Of a stretch of 37,625 nucleotides of DNA, positions 22,318 through 30,271 are shown piece after piece. This stretch comes from an uncultured archaeon (lineage in GTDB: Archaea > Nanohalarchaeota > Nanosalinia > Nanosalinales > Nanohalalkaliarchaeaceae). The notes below the pieces were generated by a model, which saw only the letters and a list, made by a program, of their open reading frames with translations, was not told the DNA's origin and did no database searches. How positions within the stretch are numbered: position 1 is the first letter of the stretch; every line of letters starts with the position of its first letter. The DNA lies in assembly GCA_964575915.1 (NCBI GenBank), contig CAZNTD010000003.1, positions 1 through 37,625 of the forward strand, in the 5' to 3' direction. Made by a program: the position numbers and the translations under genes.

Positions 22318-23811
22318 ATGCGACGCGGTGTGACCCCGGTCGTGGCCGTGGCCATCCTGATGGGGATGGCGGTGGTCGCTGCCGGTGGCGCCTACACCTG
22401 GGTCACGATGATCCAGCAGGACACGCTGGACGACGCCTCCGAACAGGTGCAGTACGACCTGTCCGTCCGCGACATCACCTGCCGCAACGACCGCATCGAC
22501 ATCACCCTCGACAACACCGGTGGCCGTGACCTGACCGGCGCCGCGATCAGCGCCTACCTCTCCCACGGCGGCGACCTCCTGGCCGACAACGACACCGACC
22601 TGTCCGGCAAGGCCTTCCTCGGGGCGAACGGTGTCGACACCGCCACGTTCACGTTCCCCGTGGTCATGGCCAAGAACGAGCGGTACACGCTCGACATCGC
22701 GTTCACCCGCGACGACTACACGTTCTCCACCATGTGCACCGCCGACGGCGGGTTCGTCCACGGGACGCAGTACGGCCGCGAGATCACCGTGTCGAACACG
22801 CACGCCGGGGATCTCGACGGCTTCCCGGCATCGGTCACGCTCGACACCGCCACCCTCATCTCGAACGGGAAGATGCAGACGGGCTGCGCCGACATCCGGG
22901 TCGAGGAGGACGGCGACCCGGTGCCGTACAATGTCACCGGGTGCAACACCGCCTCGACCGAGATCCACTTCGCCACCGACATCGCCGCATCGGCCACCGA
23001 GAGCGATGTCTACCTCTATTACGGCGATGACGACCTCGCCGACGCCCAGCAGCGCATCCCGTCCCGCATCCGCAACGGCGACTTCGCGGACGACTCCTGG
23101 GCAGGATGGAGCACCGCCCCCGCGACCCCCGGCGGGACAAGCGAGTTCTGGCTCGACGGCTTCCCGGACACCGGCTCCTGCACCACCCCCACCGATCCGC
23201 ACCAGAACCCGTGCGACCGGCCCGCCGCGACCATCGACGTCCTGTCCAGCGGCTCCGGCGACGCGGTGTGCTCCCCCGGTTCGGGCTGCCCCACCCCGGT
23301 CCTCGGTGACGGCACACTCACGCTCGACTCCGGTGCGGACGGCAGTGGGTACAACGGCAACATCCGGTCCGACCCCTACACCGTCCCCGGTGAGGTCCAT
23401 GTCCACTGGTGGCACAACCTCCAGGGCCGCAGCGCGGACGGCGGCCGGTACGTCGGGTCCGAACGGTTCTACGGGACCGCCGATGCGTACAGCTACAGCG
23501 AGGGAGAAGGGGTGATGTGGGCGCTCGTCCACGACGCCGACGCGGACAGCTCGTTCAGCACCGCCGACCGCGTCATCGACAACCGTACCTGGGGCGGGAA
23601 CAACAACGGTAACACGCACGATATCGCCGAGGAGAAGGTGCTGGACGTCTCATCATACGCAGGGGAAGACATCCGCGTCTACCTCGAATCCAACCATGGC
23701 GGTGGTGGCGATGACAGTCTCATCCAGGTCGACGACCTGTACTGGAGCGATTCCGGCGGAACCGAGATAACCCTGTCGACCTCGCTCGGCGGCGAACTGG
23801 ACCGACCGTGA
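22318..23811 (+). CDS. Archaeal type IV pilin-like protein (class III signal peptide) with a DUF2341-like domain and a Cys-containing C-terminal region
   Basis: The N-terminus is MRRG|VTPVVAVAILMGMAVVAAGGAYTW. The central segment, REITVSNTHAGDLDGFPASVTLDTATLISNGKMQTGCADIRVEEDGDPVPYNV...IHFATDI...DVYLYYGDDD, follows the DUF2341 pattern. 497 aa. Confidence 0.75.
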   Translation: MRRGVTPVVAVAILMGMAVVAAGGAYTWVTMIQQDTLDDASEQVQYDLSVRDITCRNDRIDITLDNTGGRDLTGAAISAYLSHGGDLLADNDTDLSGKAFLGANGVDTATFTFPVVMAKNERYTLDIAFTRDDYTFSTMCTADGGFVHGTQYGREITVSNTHAGDLDGFPASVTLDTATLISNGKMQTGCADIRVEEDGDPVPYNVTGCNTASTEIHFATDIAASATESDVYLYYGDDDLADAQQRIPSRIRNGDFADDSWAGWSTAPATPGGTSEFWLDGFPDTGSCTTPTDPHQNPCDRPAATIDVLSSGSGDAVCSPGSGCPTPVLGDGTLTLDSGADGSGYNGNIRSDPYTVPGEVHVHWWHNLQGRSADGGRYVGSERFYGTADAYSYSEGEGVMWALVHDADADSSFSTADRVIDNRTWGGNNNGNTHDIAEEKVLDVSSYAGEDIRVYLESNHGGGGDDSLIQVDDLYWSDSGGTEITLSTSLGGELDRP

Positions 23812-23869
23812 CCGGCCCGTCGCTCGCGCTCCCGTCACCGTTTTATACCGTGACCGCGCATCCGTGCGC

Positions 23870-24976
23870 ATGCAGGTCCAGGACCCCATCCACGGCTACA
23901 TCCATCTCACCGACCTGGAGGAGGCCATCCTGGACACGCCCGAGATGCAGCGGCTCCGCCGCGTGAAGCAGCTCGGGTTCTCCAGCCTCGTCTACCCGTC
24001 CGCGACCCACAGCCGGTTCGAGCATTCGCTCGGCGCGATGCACCTCGCCGGCGGGTTCGCCGACGCGCTGGACGTGGACGACGACCGGCGGCAGGAACTC
24101 CGGCTCGCCGCCCTCTGCCACGACCTGGGTCACGGCCCGTTCAGCCACGTGACCGACACCGTCTTCCACGAGGCCGGGACCGCACACGAGACGTTCTCGA
24201 AGCGGAAGGTGAAGGCCTCCCCCATCGTCGACATCCTCGCGGACCACGGCGTCGACCCGGACGCGGTCTGCGCGCTCATCGACGGCAAGGGGACGCTTGG
24301 CAGCATCATCGCCGGCCACATCGACGTCGACCGGATGGACTACCTGATGCGCGACGCGCACTACACCGGGGTCGCCTACGGCACCATCGACGCCGACACC
24401 ATCATCCGCGCCGCCCGCATCCAGGATGACCGGCTCGTGTTCGACGCCGCGTACATCACCGCGCTCGAATCGCTTCTCACCGCTCGCTACCTGATGATGC
24501 CTACCGTCTACATGCACCGCGCGTCCCGCATCGCCGAACGGATGTTCCTCGCCGCGTACGACCGGTACGCCGCGGCGGAGAACGTGCAGGCATCCCGTCT
24601 CGCCGCGATGGACGATCCCGAACTGCTCTCCCGGATGCGGCAGTGCGCCGCCTCCGCCCCGATGATCCAGCGCGTGGAGAACCGGGACCTGTACAAGATA
24701 GCGGCCCGTCGCGGCCCGGAGGCGGACATCGATGCGCTCCGCGACCACGTCCGCGACGCCACCGGGCTCGGCCCGGACCAGGTGCTGGCTGACCGCATCG
24801 CCATGGGTGGCGGCGACCCGTACGACGTCCCGATACTCGCGGACGGTGACCGGACGGCGCTCGACGCTGTGTCCCCGCTCCCCGCCGCACTCCGGTCCGC
24901 CCTCGACGCGAACGCGGAGACCCGTCTCTACGTGCCGCGTGACGTGCAGGACGAGGCTCGGGACGCGCTCCCGTGA
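23870..24976 (+). CDS. HD-domain metal-dependent phosphohydrolase (dNTPase/SAMHD1-like)
   Basis: DPIHGYIHLT...MQRLRRVKQLG...SRFEHSLGAMHLA...LAALCHDLGHGPFSH. The ATG at 23870 is preferred (TATA-like GTTTTATACC at 23840-23849); an alternative GTG lies at 23864. Confidence 0.85.
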   Translation: MQVQDPIHGYIHLTDLEEAILDTPEMQRLRRVKQLGFSSLVYPSATHSRFEHSLGAMHLAGGFADALDVDDDRRQELRLAALCHDLGHGPFSHVTDTVFHEAGTAHETFSKRKVKASPIVDILADHGVDPDAVCALIDGKGTLGSIIAGHIDVDRMDYLMRDAHYTGVAYGTIDADTIIRAARIQDDRLVFDAAYITALESLLTARYLMMPTVYMHRASRIAERMFLAAYDRYAAAENVQASRLAAMDDPELLSRMRQCAASAPMIQRVENRDLYKIAARRGPEADIDALRDHVRDATGLGPDQVLADRIAMGGGDPYDVPILADGDRTALDAVSPLPAALRSALDANAETRLYVPRDVQDEARDALP

Positions 24977-25017
24977 CGGCCGCGGCACTGAAAAATGTTC
25001 CTGTCGTCCGTGATGGT

Positions 25018-26247
25018 ATGGACCGCCAGCGCATCGTCCGCATCCTCTTCATATCCGTCCTCGTGGAGGTCATCGGGTTCGGCCTGGTCCTGCCCATCAT
25101 CCCGCTCCTGTTCACCGACCCCGCCTCCACGTTCTTCATCCTGCCGGACGCATACTCGCTGCAGACCGGGTACATCCTCCTCGGCCTGCTCATCGCCGCC
25201 TACCCGGTCGGCCAGTTCATCGCCACCCCCATCCTCGGACAGTTCTCCGACCGGCACGGCCGCCGCTCCATGCTCATCCTCTCCATCCTCGGCACCGTCA
25301 TCGCCAACCTCGTGTTCGCGGCCGGCATCGTCTGGGGGAACATCCCGCTCCTCTTCCTCTCCCGGTTCGTCAACGGCCTGACCGGTGGAAACATATCCAT
25401 CGTCCAGGCCGCCATCGCCGACATCACGCCGGGCGGGGAGCGGGCAGCGAACTTCGGGAAGATCGGGGCGGCGTTCGGCCTCGGGTTCATCATCGGCCCG
25501 TTCCTCGGTGGCATCCTGTCCAGCACCGCCATCCACCCGCTCTTCACCGCCGCCACGCCGTTCCTGTTCGCGGCCGTGCTGTCGGCGCTCAGCATGCTGT
25601 TCGTCTACCTCGCGCTTCCCGAGACCGCGCCCATGACCGGGCCGGGCGGCATCGACTGGCTCCAGTCCGTGCACAACGTCCGCAGCGCGTTCGACCGGCC
25701 GGACCGCCGCCACCTCTTCGCGGTCAGCCTCCTCTACTTCTCCGGGTTCACGTTCTTCACGTCGTTCGTCCCGGTGTTCCTCAACGGCCGGTTCGGGTTC
25801 GACCAGTTCATGATCGGCAACTTCTTCCTGTTCGCCGGCATCTTCGTGCTCGTCGGCCAGCTGAAGGTGGTGCCGTACGTCTCCCACCGCTTCGCGGAAT
25901 CCCGCGTCCTCCCGGTCGCGATGGTGCTCACCGGTACGTTCATCCTCGCGCAGTGGGCCGCCCCGACGCTCATCGTCCTCGCGCTCGCGGTCCCGCCGTT
26001 CGCGTTCAGCAACGCCGTCTCCCAGGTGTTCGTGACCACGCTCATCTCCCGCACCGCGTCGCAGGAGGAGCAGGGCGTCGTCCTCGGGGTCAACCAGTCG
26101 CTGCGCGCCGTCGGCCAGGCCATCCCCTCCGCACTGGCAGGGGCGACCGCCGCGCTCGCCGCCCCGTCCACCCCGCTCCTCGTCGCCGCTCTCATCATCA
26201 TCGGCACCGGCATCGGCTACACCCTGGTCCGGAAGAGCCAGGGATAG
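25018..26247 (+). CDS. MFS transporter (drug/H+ antiporter-like, 12 TM)
   Basis: Hydrophobic 12-helix pattern with the MFS loop motif GQFSDRHGRRSM between TM2 and TM3. Start is the ATG at 25018 (MDRQRIVRILF). An alternative GTG at 24973 overlaps the HD gene stop (GTGA). Confidence 0.85.
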   Translation: MDRQRIVRILFISVLVEVIGFGLVLPIIPLLFTDPASTFFILPDAYSLQTGYILLGLLIAAYPVGQFIATPILGQFSDRHGRRSMLILSILGTVIANLVFAAGIVWGNIPLLFLSRFVNGLTGGNISIVQAAIADITPGGERAANFGKIGAAFGLGFIIGPFLGGILSSTAIHPLFTAATPFLFAAVLSALSMLFVYLALPETAPMTGPGGIDWLQSVHNVRSAFDRPDRRHLFAVSLLYFSGFTFFTSFVPVFLNGRFGFDQFMIGNFFLFAGIFVLVGQLKVVPYVSHRFAESRVLPVAMVLTGTFILAQWAAPTLIVLALAVPPFAFSNAVSQVFVTTLISRTASQEEQGVVLGVNQSLRAVGQAIPSALAGATAALAAPSTPLLVAALIIIGTGIGYTLVRKSQG

Positions 26248-26342
26248 AGACCTCCGGGGGAGATGGCTCTGGAGCACAACCGGGGTCTCGCTGAACCGTG
26301 TGAGGCGTGATGATACGATATGCGGCGTCGGAAGATCCGGTA

Positions 26343-26413
26343 TGGCAGGGCCCGGAATCGAACCGGGGGCCGAGGCTCCCAAAGCCCCGATGTTACCGCT
26401 ACACCACCCCGCC
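26343..26413 (-). tRNA. tRNA-Pro (anticodon UGG)
   Basis: The reverse complement GGCGGGGTGGTGTAGCGGTAACATCGGGGCTTTGGGAGCCTCGGCCCCCGGTTCGATTCCGGGCCCTGCCA folds as a cloverleaf:
- acceptor GGCGGGG/CCCTGCC, with one G-U pair;
- anticodon stem GGGGC/GCCTC;
- anticodon loop TTTGGGA;
- T arm CCCGG-TTCGATT-CCGGG. Confidence 0.85.
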
Positions 26414-26493
26414 ACGTGCCGGGACGGCCAGGACGCCCCGCGTCCCGCACAGCCCTGTTCAGATTTATATAAACTGGTCACCATATACGGCCC

Positions 26494-27888
26494 ATGGACC
26501 GTGTGAAACCGGTGCTCGTGCTCGCCGCGCTCATCCTTCTCGTCCCGGCTGCCGGCGCGCTCGAGGTCACGGTCGACACGGGTGACGCCTCGGTCACGCC
26601 CGGCTCGGGCGAGGCGGCAACGTTCGACATCGCCGTGACCAACACCGGTGACACGACGCAGGAGTACCGGCTCAACTACAACGGCGCCGGGAACAGCGGC
26701 TGGTACTTCCTCGACACCTACTCGATGACGCTCGCACCCGGCGAGACCGGGAACGCCACCCTCTACATCGAACCGGACGCGGAGGCGGTCGCCGGCAACT
26801 ACGGCGTCATCATCACGGCCAGCGCGGATGACGGGACGTCCGTGGAGAAGCGGCCATCCTACCGCATCGTCCGCGACCGCGATATCATCATAACCGGGAT
26901 AACCACCGCCTCGTCCACATACCAGCCCGGGGATGCGTTCAACGTGACCGCCGATATCAAGAACGTCCGGAACCGCGAGCTGTCCCGGAACGCGTACCAG
27001 GTCGCGTTCACCTTCGGGGAGGAGACCCGGACCGTCCCCGTCCCTGGACTCATCGCCTCCGAGCCGGAGCGGCTCACCGCGACGTTCGCCACGCCGCGCC
27101 ACGAGAGCGGGGTGATGTCCATCGACGTGGCCGTCCATGAACTGGGCGGGGCCACGCAGGACACCGCCTCCGCCCAGATCCAGGTGGCGGACGCGGAGAA
27201 CATCGAGCAGGACCGCCGGGACGAGTTCATGCTCGTCACCTCCGAGACGACCATCGCGGTCAACAACACCGGAAACACCGCGTCGAACGGGACGACGGTC
27301 ACCGCCCGGCTCCCCGCGTACGCCGGCCTGTTCACCTCGTTCGACCCCGACCCGGCCACCTCCGCGCGGCAGGGCGGTGAGACCGTCTACACGTGGGACC
27401 TCGGCTCGGTCGCGCCCGGCACCGCCCAGACGGTCTCCTACCGCATCAACTGGTGGGCGCCCGGCCTGTTCGCCCTGCTGCTCATCCTCGCCGCCGGGCT
27501 GGGCGTCCGCCAGTACCGCAGCCCCCGCGTCGCCAAGACCGCGGTGCGGCGGGACGGCACCACGGCGGTCCACCTCCGCGTGGCCAACCGGTCCGGCTCC
27601 GAGCTCCGGAACGTCACCGTGACGGACACCGTGCCGAGCATCGCGTCGCTCATCCAGAAGTTCGATGCGTCGCCGCCGGAGACCATCCGCCGCAGCGACG
27701 ACGAGACCGAGATCGAGTGGCAGCTCGGCCGCCTCGCACCGGGCGAGGAACGCATCCTCACCTACGAGATCTCCCCGCAGGTCGCCGTTGAGGGGTCGGT
27801 CACCCTCCCGTCCGCCGCGCTCCGGTACGAGGCCGGCGGGGATGAGTCGCAGCGCAGCTCGTCCCGGGCCAGCGCCGATTTCTCCTGA
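26494..27888 (+). CDS. Secreted/membrane protein with CARDB- or DUF11-like Ig-fold repeats and one internal TM helix
   Basis: Signal-like N-terminus MDRVKPVLVLAALILLVPAAGA. Repeated beta-rich segments (ATFDIAVTNTGD, FNVTADIKNV). TM helix WWAPGLFALLLILAAGLGV. C-terminal segment NVTVTDTVP...WQLGRLAPGEERILTYEI. A TATA-like GATTTATATAAAC lies about 25 nt upstream. Confidence 0.7.
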   Translation: MDRVKPVLVLAALILLVPAAGALEVTVDTGDASVTPGSGEAATFDIAVTNTGDTTQEYRLNYNGAGNSGWYFLDTYSMTLAPGETGNATLYIEPDAEAVAGNYGVIITASADDGTSVEKRPSYRIVRDRDIIITGITTASSTYQPGDAFNVTADIKNVRNRELSRNAYQVAFTFGEETRTVPVPGLIASEPERLTATFATPRHESGVMSIDVAVHELGGATQDTASAQIQVADAENIEQDRRDEFMLVTSETTIAVNNTGNTASNGTTVTARLPAYAGLFTSFDPDPATSARQGGETVYTWDLGSVAPGTAQTVSYRINWWAPGLFALLLILAAGLGVRQYRSPRVAKTAVRRDGTTAVHLRVANRSGSELRNVTVTDTVPSIASLIQKFDASPPETIRRSDDETEIEWQLGRLAPGEERILTYEISPQVAVEGSVTLPSAALRYEAGGDESQRSSSRASADFS

Positions 27889-27992
27889 CCGCGCCACCGA
27901 CCGTGCAAGGTTTAAATATTTGGGCAGCACCCTGCTATACGCTCCGTCCCCGCTGAGCACCGGAGTGTCCGTCGCACCCTGCGACACCACAT

Positions 27993-28094
27993 CCCGCCTT
28001 AGCTCAGCCTGGCAGAGCGTCCGCCTGTAGATCCAGCCGGATGCGATCCATTGCAGCCAGCGGATGGCCCCCCGTTCAAATCGGGGAGGCGGGA
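27993..28094 (+). tRNA. tRNA-Tyr (anticodon GUA) with a 28-nt intron at 37/38
   Basis: Hand-folded cloverleaf:
- C1-G72 acceptor CCCGCCT/AGGCGGG (the archaeal tRNA-Tyr hallmark);
- D arm GCTC-AGCCTGGCA-GAGC;
- anticodon stem TCCGC/GCGGA, loop CTGTAG+A;
- intron 28031-28058;
- T arm CCCCG-TTCAAAT-CGGGG.
Bulge-helix-bulge: the central helix pairs CTGT with GCAG. Confidence 0.8.
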
Positions 28095-28181
28095 CTCTTC
28101 CTGTTCCATATCCGATTTGATACGGAGAAGAAAATCTCTGATTTTCTGGTTCAAATCGGGGAGGCGGGACTCTTCCTGTTC
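28074..28181 (+). repeat. Perfect 33-bp direct repeat: the tRNA-Tyr 3' end plus 12 nt of trailer, duplicated 75 bp downstream
   Basis: GTTCAAATCGGGGAGGCGGGACTCTTCCTGTTC occurs at 28074-28106 and at 28149-28181. The 42-nt spacer is AT-rich and contains an 8-bp hairpin AGAAAATC-TCT-GATTTTCT (28129-28147). Confidence 0.9.
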
Positions 28182-28316
28182 TCCTGATCCGCACAGGTCG
28201 GTCACCCGCCGGTCCTGCTGGGCCCGGTATCCTCCGTCTAATCAGCCGTTCACGCCGCCCGTGCGAGGTCGGACGATGCGAAAGGTTTATGTAGCCGGCA
28301 CGCCCCGTCTGGAGGT

Positions 28317-29411
28317 ATGGCGCTCTCGGACTCCGTCTATCTCGGGGTGACGACGGTGCTGCTCGTCGTCTCCCTCATCGGCATCGCCCTGGTCTATCCT
28401 GCGCCCGGGGAGACGCCGGTGAACGCGACGGCCGACTACCGGTCCGACCTGTCCGGGGTCAGGTACACCGTCCCGCAGGACGCCCTGTGGACGCTCTGCC
28501 TCGGGACGGACTGCGTCCCCTCGGTCGACCGGCCGGACTACACGTCCGCCGCGGATGCCGACGCGTGGCTGGAGCGCGGTGACCCGGTCGTCGGGGTGAC
28601 CCGCGGCTCCCGGGCGTACGCCTTCCCGGTCCGCATCCTCCGGTACCACGGCGTCGTCAACACCCATATCGCCGGCGAACCGGTCGCCGTCACCTACTCG
28701 CCGCACTCCGGCGTCCACCGCGTCTACTCCCGGGTGGTGGACGGCCGCGTCCTCACGTTCCACCACGACGGCACGCTGTACAACGGGAACATGGTGATGC
28801 GCGACCGGGAGACCGGGACGCTGTGGAGCCAGTTCACCGGTGAGGCCATCCGCGGCCCGTCGGTCCCGGCGACGCTCGACCCGGAACGGTCCCACGTCGC
28901 CCGGTGGAGCCTCTGGCAGCTCACGCACCCCGACACCGCGGTGCTTGATCGTCCATCCCTGCTGAACGCGTCCCGCTACGTCGATGATCCCTACGCCACC
29001 TACCGGCGCACCGACCGCACCCCGGTCGGGGGATGGGACGACGCGCTCCATCCAAAGGACCTGGTGTACGGGATCGAGTCCGGCGGTGACGCGGTGGCGT
29101 ACCGGGACGTCCACGTCCGCGATCTCGAACTGGTGCAGGACGAGGTCGGGGACACCCCGGTCATGCTGGTGCAGGACGAGCAACGTGGCACCATCACCGC
29201 GTTCCGCCGCACCGTCGACGGCACCCCGGTCGATTTCATGCTGCGGAACGGCAGCCTCGTGGACACCGCCACCGGCAGCCGGTGGACGCTGGACGGCGAG
29301 GCGGTGGAGGGCCCCCTGGCAGGGACCACGCTCGTCCGGATGGACGCGGTCCGGTCGTACTGGTACACGTGGAACCTGTTCCACCCGGACACCGACATCT
29401 ACCGGCCGTGA
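28317..29411 (+). CDS. DUF3179-like membrane-anchored protein
   Basis: N-terminal TM helix VYLGVTTVLLVVSLIGIALV. Core pattern: PSVDRPDY...W...DPVVGV...RAYAFPVRILRYHGVVNTHIAGEPVAVTYSPHSG...GTLYNGNMVMRDRETGTLWSQFTGEAI. This matches the DUF3179 family as remembered. Confidence 0.7.
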   Translation: MALSDSVYLGVTTVLLVVSLIGIALVYPAPGETPVNATADYRSDLSGVRYTVPQDALWTLCLGTDCVPSVDRPDYTSAADADAWLERGDPVVGVTRGSRAYAFPVRILRYHGVVNTHIAGEPVAVTYSPHSGVHRVYSRVVDGRVLTFHHDGTLYNGNMVMRDRETGTLWSQFTGEAIRGPSVPATLDPERSHVARWSLWQLTHPDTAVLDRPSLLNASRYVDDPYATYRRTDRTPVGGWDDALHPKDLVYGIESGGDAVAYRDVHVRDLELVQDEVGDTPVMLVQDEQRGTITAFRRTVDGTPVDFMLRNGSLVDTATGSRWTLDGEAVEGPLAGTTLVRMDAVRSYWYTWNLFHPDTDIYRP

Positions 29412-29454
29412 CATGACCGGTAGGCTTTTCAACATCTCCGCCGCATCCCCGTCC

Positions 29455-29892
29455 ATGCTCGCTCCCGGCGATGACGCCCCCGGGTTCACCGCACCGGACC
29501 AGGACGGCGACCCGGTCTCGCTCGCGGACATCCCCGGCCGCGTCATCCTCTACGTCTACCCGAAGGACGACACGCCGGGCTGCACCCGGGAAGCATGCGC
29601 GTTCCGCGACGCCATCGACCGGTTCGCCGACCGCGACATCACCGTCCTCGGTGTCAGCACCGACACCGTCGCGTCCCACGCCGCCTTCGCGGAGGACCAC
29701 GACCTCCCGTTCCCGCTGCTCGCCGATCCGGACCGTGATGTCATCGACGCGTACGACGTCCCTGTCCGCAACGGCCACGCTGCCCGGGTCACCTACGTCA
29801 TCGGCCCGGACCGCACCATCGAACGCGTCTACCCGGACGTCGACCCCGAAACCCACGTCGACACCATCCTCGCCGACCTGGAGGGCGCGTGA
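29455..29892 (+). CDS. bcp: Peroxiredoxin, Bcp type (thiol peroxidase)
   Basis: MLAPGDDAPGFTAPDQDGDPVSLADIPGRVILYVYPKDDTPGCTREACAFRD contains the PxxxTxxC peroxidatic motif. Internal ATG of track ORF 28984..29892. 145 aa. Confidence 0.85.
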   Translation: MLAPGDDAPGFTAPDQDGDPVSLADIPGRVILYVYPKDDTPGCTREACAFRDAIDRFADRDITVLGVSTDTVASHAAFAEDHDLPFPLLADPDRDVIDAYDVPVRNGHAARVTYVIGPDRTIERVYPDVDPETHVDTILADLEGA

Positions 29893-30149
29893 TGGGCCGG
29901 TACAAGATCGTCTACGACCGCACCGGCTGCATCGGCGCCGGCACCTGCGAGGCGCTCGACCCGGCGGACTTCGTCCTGGTGGAGGACGGCCTCGCGGACC
30001 TGAAGGACGCGGACGAGGAGTCCGGCGGCATCTGGGAGAAGGAGATCCCGGATGAACGGAAGGACGACGCCCTCGAGGCCGCGAAGGGATGCCCGGTCAA
30101 CGTCATCAAGATCGTCGACACCGAGACCGGCGAACAGGTCTACCCGTGA
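29892..30149 (+). CDS. Small ferredoxin-like protein (single [Fe-S] cluster type)
   Basis: MGRYKIVYDRTGCIGAGTCEAL...AAKGCPVNVIKI has C-x4-C...CP spacing as in small single-cluster ferredoxins. The ATG overlaps the bcp stop (GTGATG). Confidence 0.7.
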   Translation: MGRYKIVYDRTGCIGAGTCEALDPADFVLVEDGLADLKDADEESGGIWEKEIPDERKDDALEAAKGCPVNVIKIVDTETGEQVYP

Positions 30150-30151
30150 CC

Positions 30152-30256
30152 ATGACCACGTTCACCTGCGACATCTGTGGCGACGAGATGCTCTCCTTCG
30201 ACTGCGAACTCATCTGCGACAACTGCGGCTACATCCGCGACTGCTCCGACCCGTGA
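30152..30256 (+). CDS. Candidate Cys-rich zinc-ribbon micro-protein (34 aa)
   Basis: Not in the track. Translation: MTTFTCDICGDEMLSFDCELICDNCGYIRDCSDP, with C-x2-C ... C-x2-C plus extra Cys. It starts 2 nt after the ferredoxin stop. Confidence 0.45.
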   Translation: MTTFTCDICGDEMLSFDCELICDNCGYIRDCSDP

Positions 30257-30271
30257 AACCCGGGACGCCGG

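Noticed and set aside
21709-23619. 636-aa minus-strand ORF antisense to the FMN reductase and pilin-DUF2341 genes.
   Set aside because: It has the same GC-driven open-frame artefact composition (Gly/Val/Arg/Asp runs). The plus-strand genes have promoters and recognisable domains.
26291-26313. A GTGATGA (box-C-like) string and a CTGA between the MFS gene and tRNA-Pro.
   Set aside because: The CTGA lies upstream of the C-like box (the wrong order) and there is no terminal stem or second box pair. The match is most likely chance.
28074-28181. Possible CRISPR array, because of a 33-bp repeat with a 42-nt spacer.
   Set aside because: There are only two copies, the first is part of a functional tRNA, and there is no leader, no further repeats and no cas genes in the window. 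An att-like duplication explains it better.
24928-28194. 1088-aa minus-strand ORF, the longest in the track.
   Set aside because: It crosses two tRNA genes and is antisense to the MFS transporter and the CARDB-like protein. It is Arg/Gly/Glu/Asp low-complexity throughout.
27999-28205. 68-aa minus ORF with an internal repeated peptide (EQEESRLPDLN twice).
   Set aside because: The peptide repeat is only the translation of the 33-bp tRNA-Tyr 3'-end direct repeat, and the ORF overlaps the tRNA.
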